In this document: piece after piece, positions 1 through 6,836 of the stretch | Layout of the letters: each line of letters opens with the position of its first letter | Position numbering within the stretch: position 1 is the first letter of the stretch | Assembly (NCBI GenBank): GCA_964510585.1 | Contig: CAZECW010000045.1 | Span: 1 to 12,567 of the forward strand | Reading direction: 5' to 3' | From: an uncultured archaeon | Lineage (GTDB): Archaea; Asgardarchaeota; Jordiarchaeia; Jordiarchaeales; Jordiarchaeaceae | Length of the DNA: 12,567 nucleotides | The notes under the pieces: generated by a model | What the model was told of the DNA's origin: nothing | Database searches by the model: none | Seen by the model: only the letters and a program-made list of their open reading frames with translations | Program-made: the position numbers and the translations under genes

Positions 1-141
1 AGCGCACCGAGATGTGGCAGGGGCATTGAACATAGGTGCCGTCTATAACGGAGGGCACGTCAACTGGGCGATGGCACACCCATTGGAGGTTCAAATATGA
101 GCTTCCAAGAATCCCCCGACTTTAGTCGCGGGGAGTGTCAA
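1..141 (+). mobile_element. Right end of an IS200/IS605-family element (tnpB-carrying), truncated by window start
   Basis: TnpB-like C-terminus followed by GAAT (109-112), subterminal hairpin TCCCCCGAC-TTTA-GTCGCGGGGA (112-134) and terminal TCAA (138-141). This is the characteristic IS200/IS605 right-end layout. Confidence 0.9.
2..100 (+). CDS. tnpB: TnpB RNA-guided nuclease, 3' fragment (AHRDVAGALNIGAVYNGGHVNWAMAHPLEVQI*)
   Basis: Manual translation of frame 2 gives HRDxxxAxNI, the TnpB RuvC-III motif, with its Asp at 11-13 and TGA at 98-100, directly upstream of the IS right end. The 5' part lies outside the window. Confidence 0.88.
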   Translation, partial: AHRDVAGALNIGAVYNGGHVNWAMAHPLEVQI

Positions 142-161
142 AAAGCCGAAGAATGACACAC
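36..161 (+). ncRNA. Predicted TnpB reRNA/omegaRNA (scaffold about 36-141, guide from flanking DNA starting at 142)
   Basis: Stems 36-58, 61-68/79-85, 86-93/98-105 and 112-134. Loop TGGCAC (72-77) pairs with GTGTCA (135-140) as a pseudoknot. Both RNA boundaries are inferred, not observed. Confidence 0.7.
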
Positions 162-439
162 AATTAGGAATTTTCATTCACTGGGCTTCACGGTCTCATA
201 CGCCGCCTTCTCATAAGGGTCAATCTTCTCCCTCACCTTCCAAGGATACGTGGCTCTGCCTCTGCTCCAAAAATCGCCCAACTTGTATCTAGGTACAGTT
301 TCATCGCAACTATTTCTAAAAACTCTCCATTTTGGAACTGTTAGAGTGGTTTTAATTAAGCATTGAATTGTGTATTAATGATAGGAGAAGGGGGAAAATA
401 TTTAGGTTTATTCCCTAAAACTTCAAGTGGGAGCATCTT

Positions 440-880
440 ATGAGCGAAGTAAAAGAAATGGATTTTGAGGTGCTGAGAGAACCTTGGAACGTATACCAAC
501 TTGAAGAGGGACCAATACTTAAAATCAAATACGTATTGACAAGAGTTATAAAAAGAAGGGAGGACGGAGGACGGTTCGGTTATGCCTTTAAAGGCCAAAA
601 TGTAGTAGCTTTTTCCCACATTCCACCTGAACTTAGGGGTGAACCCACACGTGCAATTTATAGTCCAATGGAGCTCCAAGCCTCCATAGTAAATGAGGAC
701 GTCCGATACACAACCATAGCTGAGGAGTGGAACGAGTACCTGGCCGAAGACGGAACCAAAATAAGGGTAAAATTAACAGTTGTCAAAGTCTCCAGAACAA
801 ATAAAAGAGACGTGGACGGTGAACCCATATACCTAGTTCAAACATCCCTACTCCCCCAAATTCAGCCAAGAAAAAAGTAA
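440..880 (+). CDS. Hypothetical protein, 146 aa, two tandem copies of a ~65-80 aa domain
   Basis: Clean ORF preceded by GGGAG. EPWNVYQLEEGPILKIKYVLTRV aligns with EEWNEYLAEDGTKIRVKLTVVKV (period 81 aa). Confidence 0.8.
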   Translation: MSEVKEMDFEVLREPWNVYQLEEGPILKIKYVLTRVIKRREDGGRFGYAFKGQNVVAFSHIPPELRGEPTRAIYSPMELQASIVNEDVRYTTIAEEWNEYLAEDGTKIRVKLTVVKVSRTNKRDVDGEPIYLVQTSLLPQIQPRKK

Positions 881-992
881 TACAACATCAACTCCAACTA
901 TGTGCTCCCCACACTATACCCTCTCACCATCCAATAGAAAAACAATAATAAGCTGCCACTGCCTAACCATAGTAATAGAGAAAAACTCAAAT

Positions 993-1010
993 GAGAAAAC
1001 CTTTTTTAAA
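993..1010 (+). promoter_or_regulatory. Putative archaeal BRE/TATA promoter for the 1053 gene
   Basis: GAGAAAAC followed by CTTTTTTAAA, about 43 nt before the ATG. RBS GAGGTGA lies at 1042-1048. Confidence 0.5.
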
Positions 1011-1052
1011 CTGGATTTCTAACCCGCGGTGAAAGTTGTTTGAGGTGAGCTT

Positions 1053-1733
1053 ATGGCAGAAGACCAAAAAGACAGGCAATCTACTAAAGCAGAAAGGGTC
1101 ACAATTGTTGAGGGAGGATCTGTCGATATCTGCGGTTGGCACGTGGCACTCACATCCATCTGGATTCATAATGGCTCAATCAAAGCAGAGCTAGCCATGT
1201 GGTCAGACAAAATCAAAAAACCCCTGTCAGGCGGTTACTCAAAGGGGAACAAGGTTGAAATAGGAACGTCAAACTGCATTTACTACGTGTATGAAATCAA
1301 AAAATTTGGAAAAAACAATGAAAAGCCAGGCTATATAGTTCTCACCACAAATAAGCCAGAAATTTTGGAGACCAAAAATTACCAAGAATTGGAGTCAATT
1401 GAAGCCACAACCAGAGCCTACATAGGTGATGCTGATTTCGGCTTAGGCCTTGTCTACAAAAGAAATGATGGAAAAATGGTTGCAACGATCTGCCCACCGC
1501 TTAACAGTCCACTTGGGCAGGATTTTGATTTATGCGAAGGAGACACTCTCTGGGTCGGAGAATGCGCCTACAATGTTGAAAAAATCGTCGATGGCTACAG
1601 AAAACCCGACGGAAGATACGAGAACGGCTACATAGTGCTAAAAAAACACAAAGAACTACTCCCAAATAAAGGTCCAATAATCCCCGGAGAATGGATATCG
1701 CAACCCCCCACCACACCAAAAGATGACCCGTAG
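1053..1733 (+). CDS. Hypothetical protein, 226 aa, two tandem beta-rich domains
   Basis: Strong RBS. GNKVEIG..CIYYVYEI..GYIVL (aa 65-97) is echoed by GDTLWVG.CAYNVEKI..GYIVL (aa 163-196). Pro-rich tail. Confidence 0.82.
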   Translation: MAEDQKDRQSTKAERVTIVEGGSVDICGWHVALTSIWIHNGSIKAELAMWSDKIKKPLSGGYSKGNKVEIGTSNCIYYVYEIKKFGKNNEKPGYIVLTTNKPEILETKNYQELESIEATTRAYIGDADFGLGLVYKRNDGKMVATICPPLNSPLGQDFDLCEGDTLWVGECAYNVEKIVDGYRKPDGRYENGYIVLKKHKELLPNKGPIIPGEWISQPPTTPKDDP

Positions 1734-1798
1734 CATCGAAAAACTGTTGGAGCCCTGTCGCACCTTGAAAAGATTAACACGAGAATCCATTTATTTTG

Positions 1799-2224
1799 TC
1801 AAATTTTGAATGTTTCTTCGATGAATTTTTTGCATAGGTTATGCACCCATCTTGCTTTTTCAAAGGCATCCGGTGCATAGTCTTTAAAGTATGTTTCATC
1901 TATCCCTTTTTCAAACCCGTAACCCGCAAGTCCCCTTTGCTCAGCAAGTTCAGCAACTATGTCCGCAATTAATCCAAGTTCTTTCCTAAACCATTGGGGC
2001 AAGTTGGGAATTCCTTGGATTTGCAACAACACATCGCTCACATCATGCTCTTTAGGAAAATCTATACCCAGAGAAATCAGAACGGCCTTAGCTGAATGCT
2101 CGGCCGCCATCTGTGAACTATACACAACATCATCCCAGCGTTTATCTTCAATTGCCCTCTCGGCACTTTGAAGCCACCTTGCAGCTCTGCTTATGCCCTG
2201 TGTTGCCATGCCAATATTTCTCAC
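1799..2224 (-). CDS. HEPN domain protein (PF05168/COG2250-like)
   Basis: A.RWL..AE....D..W....Y.SQMAAE.S.KA.L...G..FPKEHD..... and RGLAGY are typical of this HEPN class. GTG start overlaps the upstream stop (GTGA); alternative ATG at 2209. Confidence 0.92.
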   Translation of the reverse strand: MRNIGMATQGISRAARWLQSAERAIEDKRWDDVVYSSQMAAEHSAKAVLISLGIDFPKEHDVSDVLLQIQGIPNLPQWFRKELGLIADIVAELAEQRGLAGYGFEKGIDETYFKDYAPDAFEKARWVHNLCKKFIEETFKI

Positions 2225-2976
2225 AGCTCGAAAACCTCCCCTGCCTTAACCTGCTTTAAATGCCAGTAGGTTTTTCCACTCGCAGTGGTTATCCGCATAG
2301 CTCCAAGCTTTGAGAGCTTCTCCCTGAATTCGCCCAAAACCTTTGAAAGGAAACCCTCCTTCTCATAAAGGATTATCCCCTCCATACAGGCATCAATATA
2401 TATTCTGTGGGGCTCCAAAGCTTCAGACTTACTTAAAGGATAATGTTGAATCGACGTTGGAAAGTTTCGCTCCACAAGCCTCTGGAACTCCAATGTTTCA
2501 CGCATCTTCCTCCTCAGCTTTACAAGCTCCCTCGTTCGCTCCCAGACCGGCTTATCCCAACCCTCAACCACCACGAGCAAATCAATGTCAGAGTCCCTAT
2601 CCCAACTTCCCCTAGCCACCGATCCGAAAACAAGGACTCCAACCAAGCGCTGGGAAAAATGCTCATAGAGAACCTTGCAATACCTAGATAAAAAGTCAGC
2701 ATAGATGCAAGGCAATCTTTCAAGGTTTTTAAGACTGATGCTGGGATGAAAAAGAGATTCAAAGCTTTCAAGAAGGCTCTCAGCGCGTTCACCCTTCTCC
2801 GATAGGGAGTAAAGCCTGTTTTCGGAAACTACGAGGCCTCCTGATACAAGCATTTTCAACCTTTTGCTCAGGGTTTTGGGATTGTGCACAATTTGGCGTA
2901 GCTCTCCGAAACGGGTTTTGCCTTCCTTCAACTTCTTCAAAATCCTTATAGTGTACTCATCAATCAAGGCAACCAC
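2221..2976 (-). CDS. HxlR-like winged-helix fused to a minimal nucleotidyltransferase (MNT)
   Basis: N-terminal ILKKL..GKTRFGELRQIV.NPKTLSKRLKML...GLV....RLYSLSEKGE is a wHTH. GSVARGSWDRDSDID is an exact GSx10DxD motif. Start may be GTG 2976 or TTG 2967. Confidence 0.9.
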   Translation of the reverse strand: MVALIDEYTIRILKKLKEGKTRFGELRQIVHNPKTLSKRLKMLVSGGLVVSENRLYSLSEKGERAESLLESFESLFHPSISLKNLERLPCIYADFLSRYCKVLYEHFSQRLVGVLVFGSVARGSWDRDSDIDLLVVVEGWDKPVWERTRELVKLRRKMRETLEFQRLVERNFPTSIQHYPLSKSEALEPHRIYIDACMEGIILYEKEGFLSKVLGEFREKLSKLGAMRITTASGKTYWHLKQVKAGEVFEL

Positions 2977-2983
2977 AACAAAA

Positions 2984-3019
2984 TAGTTTACAAAAGTATA
3001 TAAATACTTTACTAAAATA
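2984..3019 (-). promoter_or_regulatory. TATA box of the wHTH-MNT/HEPN operon flanked by an inverted repeat (putative operator)
   Basis: Minus-strand TTTATATA at 2997-3004. TTTACAAAAGTAT (2987-2999) and ATACTTTACTAAA (3004-3016) form an 11/13 inverted repeat around it. Confidence 0.65.
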
Positions 3020-3155
3020 TATCAATAGAGATGCAGAATTACTCAATTTCGCCCCCCAAAGCATTTATACAGCTTCCTTTTCGGTTAAACCCCAAAATAA
3101 GGAATAGAATCAAACACCCCTAAACCACCACATAAATATGAAGACGGAGAAACAG

Positions 3156-3183
3156 AAAAAAGGGAAGAAATATGAGAAAAAAA
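3156..3183 (-). terminator. Oligo-T terminator region after the Fe-S gene
   Basis: Minus-strand T7 (3177-3183) and T6 (3156-3161) tracts within a pyrimidine-rich stretch just after the TAA stop. Confidence 0.5.
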
Positions 3184-3187
3184 TTTG

Positions 3188-4399
3188 TTATACTAGGGCT
3201 AAATTGTCCGCAACTAGCTCCGCTATGTCTAAAACCCTAATTTTGGAGCCAAGAGCCTCCTTTGCGTCCTGAAGATTCATTATACAGAAGGGGCAGGCTG
3301 TCACTAGGTAATCTGCTCCGGTTTCCTCTGCTTCCTTTATCCTGTCCTTAGCTATCTCAACAGCCAGTTCTGGAAAACCACTCTTAACACCCCCACCTGC
3401 ACCGCAGCACCAGGAAGCGTCCCTTATCCTTTTCATTTCCACAACCTTAACACCAGGCATCATTTTTAATATCTCCCTTGGAGCTTCATAGATTCCCATG
3501 TGTCTGCCAAGGTGGCACGGATCATGGTAGGTCACTTTTACATTTGCCTTTTCTAGTTTCAGTTTGCCCTCCTTCAACAGGTCTCGGATGAGATCCACTG
3601 CATTAACAACCTCGAATGGAAGCTTGCCAAAGAGCTCCACATAATCCTTGGCAATAGTTCTGAAACAGCCAGCACAATGAATTACAACTTTTTTGGCTCC
3701 CGAAGCCTTTAGAACCTCCAAATTGTGACTAGCGAGTTCCCTAGCCAAATTCCAGACCCCTGTTCTGAAAAATATTGAGCCACAGCACCATTCATCGGGG
3801 TGCACTATGCCAAAATCCACATCCGCAGCTTCCAAAATCTTCAGAAAAGCCTGGGCAAGCTCGGGCATTCGATAGGGCTCCGTGCATCCCACAAACCATA
3901 TTAAATCAGCATTCCGGGGAACGGTTTTGCCTGCAGGTAGCCATTTTAAACGATCCTCATGTTTCTCCATATAGGGGTTATGTTCCTTCCTAGTCCACTC
4001 CGCAATTTCCCTGTGTCTCGGCATGGGGCCCAGCCCTTCTTCCACAAGGTCTGCTCTCATAGCCTCAAAGAGCTTTGTGTGATCAATAAATCGTCCTATC
4101 GGTAACACTATGTACTCACACATAGTTTGGTGACACGCTGAGTGGCAACTTCCACAAGTGGTACACTGGTAAAGCACCTTCGCCAAGCCCTCACTGGGCT
4201 CAAGCAACCCCTCTAAAATCCCTTTAGCAATGCGTATTTTGCCCCTGGCATAGTACGGGTCGAACTGGGGGGAGTGCTCAAGAACTGGACAAACTCCGTA
4301 TCTGCCTACAGCCCATCTATAAGCTATTCTACAGTCACCTATACCGGAGCAGGCATAAACCATATCTGAAAGCCTTTTTGTGTTTTCCATTTTCGCCAA
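3188..4399 (-). CDS. (Fe-S)-binding oxidoreductase with two CCG domains (GlpC/GlcF/HdrD-like)
   Basis: Ferredoxin-like CTTCGSCHSAC and GVCP. CCG domains: FVGC..CCGS..HCAGC and YHDPCHLGR..CCGAGGG..TACPFC. Start is TTG 4399 (RBS GGGGG) or ATG 4390. Confidence 0.93.
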   Translation of the reverse strand: MAKMENTKRLSDMVYACSGIGDCRIAYRWAVGRYGVCPVLEHSPQFDPYYARGKIRIAKGILEGLLEPSEGLAKVLYQCTTCGSCHSACHQTMCEYIVLPIGRFIDHTKLFEAMRADLVEEGLGPMPRHREIAEWTRKEHNPYMEKHEDRLKWLPAGKTVPRNADLIWFVGCTEPYRMPELAQAFLKILEAADVDFGIVHPDEWCCGSIFFRTGVWNLARELASHNLEVLKASGAKKVVIHCAGCFRTIAKDYVELFGKLPFEVVNAVDLIRDLLKEGKLKLEKANVKVTYHDPCHLGRHMGIYEAPREILKMMPGVKVVEMKRIRDASWCCGAGGGVKSGFPELAVEIAKDRIKEAEETGADYLVTACPFCIMNLQDAKEALGSKIRVLDIAELVADNLALV

Positions 4400-4411
4400 T
4401 GATGATCCCCC

Positions 4412-5893
4412 CTACAGGTAGAACTTTCCTGGGCTAATAATCCTGTTAGGATCTAGGGCCTGTTTGATACTCTTAAGAAAAGAATAGTAAGCTCCATTGA
4501 AGGCCTCCGTATCTATTAAGCCCTTGCTGTATATTTCTCCCAACATGTAAGGCATGCCTCCCTCTCTTATGAGCATCTCGAGTTGGCTCTTCCAGAGTTC
4601 TAGGTTCTTCGCCCTATATTGCGGTTTGTCCCAAGCCAAAAGTCCAGCGTCAACTTCCACAGTAGTGTGTCCACAAAGAAGGGCGGTAGATATCCCGGAC
4701 TGCATCCCCCCATTGGCATCAAGCTCAGCCTTGTGCGCCGCTTCCCACTCATCAAGTTTATGAGCTATGTAGGGGAAACGGTGAATTGGAACATGGACTT
4801 CAGTTGTCAAGGGTATAGAGCCTGGCCCCATTCCACCCCATATGCCGTGGAAGGTTAGCCAGTGGCCCTGTTCTTCATAGTGCCACTTGGCATAGTTTCC
4901 ATCTTTAAGCTCTGGACCCAGCTCTGTGCAGCCATTCTCTTTACATATTCGGTCCACAATTTTAATATTTGCTTCCAGCTGTTCTTCTGTCTCTGCTTCC
5001 ATGGTGTAAAAGAACACAGCTTTCGTTAATCCTACCCACGGCTTTATTTGGGGCACATCTGTTAATAGCTGTGTGCCTAGAACCATTGTTAGTGTCCAAA
5101 GTTGTGAATCAAATATTCCAAGGTCTCCTCTCTTCCTCCACGCTAGCCAGATTTTGGCCGCGTTTTCCGGTGAGGGTTCCTCTATGGTAAAGGTCTTAGC
5201 CGCATGGTAGGGAGGTTTTGGGAAAATCTCCAAGGTGGCCTTGGTTTTGATCCCCAAAAGCCCATTGTCACCCAGAAATAGCCCAGTTAAATCCGGGCCG
5301 AAACCGAACCTGCAGAATGGCTCCTTGGTGTAGACGCTGGCGTTGGAGCCAGTGTTTATTATGTCTCCATTTGGCAGAACGACTTCTAGAGCCACGCAGT
5401 GCTGAGTGCATGTGCCGTATTTTGCTCCTCCGCCTCCTCCCACGCTGTGGTGTGAGAGGCCGCCTCCAACTACTGCGGATATTCCACTTCCCGGACCGAG
5501 GTTTCCAGTGTAGTAGCCCAACTCGTTGAGTTTGGAGTTAAGCTCTGCCCAGGTTATTCCTGTCTCAACGGTAACTGTAAGAGCGTTTTCGTCTATGTTT
5601 AATATTTTGTGCATTCTGGCGGTGTCCAGAACTATGCTTCCTTTCTCTATGGGCTTAGAGCCTCCCAGTAGGCAGCAACCTCCGCCGCGGGGAACTATGG
5701 GTATCTTGTACTTGTTGGCTATTTTTACTACTTCTGCTACTTCTTCGGCTGTTCCCGGTTTCACCACATAGTCTGGAGGGTTGGGAGGCAATGCGCTGTC
5801 TATGCCTCTTGCGTAGGCATAGGTTATGAAATCTTCGTCGGAAACGTATTCTGTACCCACCGCGTCCTGCAACAATTTTAGAACCTTACTCAT
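4412..5893 (-). CDS. FAD-binding oxidoreductase, VAO/PCMH fold (GlcD/Dld-like but atypical)
   Basis: PDYVVKP.TAEEV..VVK.AN.YKIPIVPRGGG, LEVVLPNG, DLTGLF.G..G.LGI.TKA and DPNRI.SPGK. RBS GAGGTG at 5899-5904. Confidence 0.93.
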   Translation of the reverse strand: MSKVLKLLQDAVGTEYVSDEDFITYAYARGIDSALPPNPPDYVVKPGTAEEVAEVVKIANKYKIPIVPRGGGCCLLGGSKPIEKGSIVLDTARMHKILNIDENALTVTVETGITWAELNSKLNELGYYTGNLGPGSGISAVVGGGLSHHSVGGGGGAKYGTCTQHCVALEVVLPNGDIINTGSNASVYTKEPFCRFGFGPDLTGLFLGDNGLLGIKTKATLEIFPKPPYHAAKTFTIEEPSPENAAKIWLAWRKRGDLGIFDSQLWTLTMVLGTQLLTDVPQIKPWVGLTKAVFFYTMEAETEEQLEANIKIVDRICKENGCTELGPELKDGNYAKWHYEEQGHWLTFHGIWGGMGPGSIPLTTEVHVPIHRFPYIAHKLDEWEAAHKAELDANGGMQSGISTALLCGHTTVEVDAGLLAWDKPQYRAKNLELWKSQLEMLIREGGMPYMLGEIYSKGLIDTEAFNGAYYSFLKSIKQALDPNRIISPGKFYL

Positions 5894-5957
5894 AATAGCA
5901 CCTCAAAAATCGCAGTGTTTTTTATTCCAAATGCAATAAATTTTGTATATGTTGATT

Positions 5958-6836
5958 CTAGCGTTTAGCCATGGGTATGCTTTTGAAGCCTCTGCATATT
6001 TCTGTTACTGCTTTCTCAACGGGTATTCTTTCAATGGATGAGGCTCCTACGAATCCTTGGGCGATAGTCTTCTCATATATGATTTTGGTGCTCTCCGGGT
6101 CATAGAATGGTCCTCCATGTATTAGGCAGATTACTTCAGGGTTTACTTTTCTTGCTGCTTCAAATATTTCCTGTGCCCTCTTAAGTAGGGTATCTAAATC
6201 TTCCAGTGCAGTAAACCCCGCTATGCCTCCCATTGTTGGTCCCACATGGGCGCATATCGCGTCTGCTCCGGCTTCGGCCATATCTTTTGAGTCTGCCGCA
6301 GTGAAGACGTAAGCCATGGTAAAAACGTCCCAATCATGTAGGATTTTTATCATTTCCACTTCTCTGGACCATCCCCAGTGGGCGACGCCGTATCCAAAGG
6401 CCATAGACTCGTTGAATTTTCTGAGGGCCATTCCTCCCTCTATTAGGTTCTCATAAAGTCCTGTTGTAGGAAAGTTTATCACTCCGTTGAATCCTTTGTT
6501 GAGGAAACGTTTTAGTAAGGCTTCTAGGTCGAGGCAGAAGCAGTCGTTGGCCTCCACGCCTGCGATTATGGGCTTGTTTTTAACAACGTTCGCTATTTCA
6601 TCATACATTTCTAGTGTTATGGGGTTTGAGTTCCCAATTATGGTAGTGGGTAGCCCCATCAATCTGGTTTTTCCCGTGCTGTAAATAATTATCAGGTCTG
6701 CTTGGCCGAGCTCAGCGCATTTTGCTATTATTCCGGCACTGCACCCTGCCCCCAGAATCGGTCTATTTTCGCTAATTTCTTTGTGGAGTCTATCAAGTAT
6801 TTCCTTTCTGGTTATTTTTACTACCATTTTACTCAT
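5958..6836 (-). CDS. TIM-barrel protein of the PEP-hydrolase-like / TIM-barrel signal transduction family (PF09370-like)
   Basis: GAGCSAGIIAKCAELG.ADLIIIY, GF.GV.NFPT.G, YVF, AGAD.I..H.G.T.GG, HGGP and GF.GASS.ERIP are family hallmarks. ATGA overlap with the upstream gene. Confidence 0.92.
   Translation of the reverse strand: MSKMVVKITRKEILDRLHKEISENRPILGAGCSAGIIAKCAELGQADLIIIYSTGKTRLMGLPTTIIGNSNPITLEMYDEIANVVKNKPIIAGVEANDCFCLDLEALLKRFLNKGFNGVINFPTTGLYENLIEGGMALRKFNESMAFGYGVAHWGWSREVEMIKILHDWDVFTMAYVFTAADSKDMAEAGADAICAHVGPTMGGIAGFTALEDLDTLLKRAQEIFEAARKVNPEVICLIHGGPFYDPESTKIIYEKTIAQGFVGASSIERIPVEKAVTEICRGFKSIPMAKR

Noticed and set aside
401-419. TTTAGG-N7-CCTAAA inverted repeat upstream of the 440 gene
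   Set aside because: Only 6 bp in AT-rich DNA, with no second copy or cognate regulator.
356-679. 107-aa minus ORF
   Set aside because: Antisense shadow of the 440-880 gene; composition is not protein-like.
987-1719. Small ORFs 987-1169, 1450-1635 and 1501-1719
   Set aside because: They overlap the RBS-supported 1053-1733 gene and carry no motifs.
1959-2792. Plus-strand ORFs over the MNT-HEPN pair
   Set aside because: Antisense shadows of well-supported genes.
5741-5752. 11/12 match on the minus strand to the start of the TnpB guide (AGCCGAAGAA core)
   Set aside because: Too short, mismatch at seed position 2, no AT-rich TAM-like sequence 5' of it; compatible with chance.
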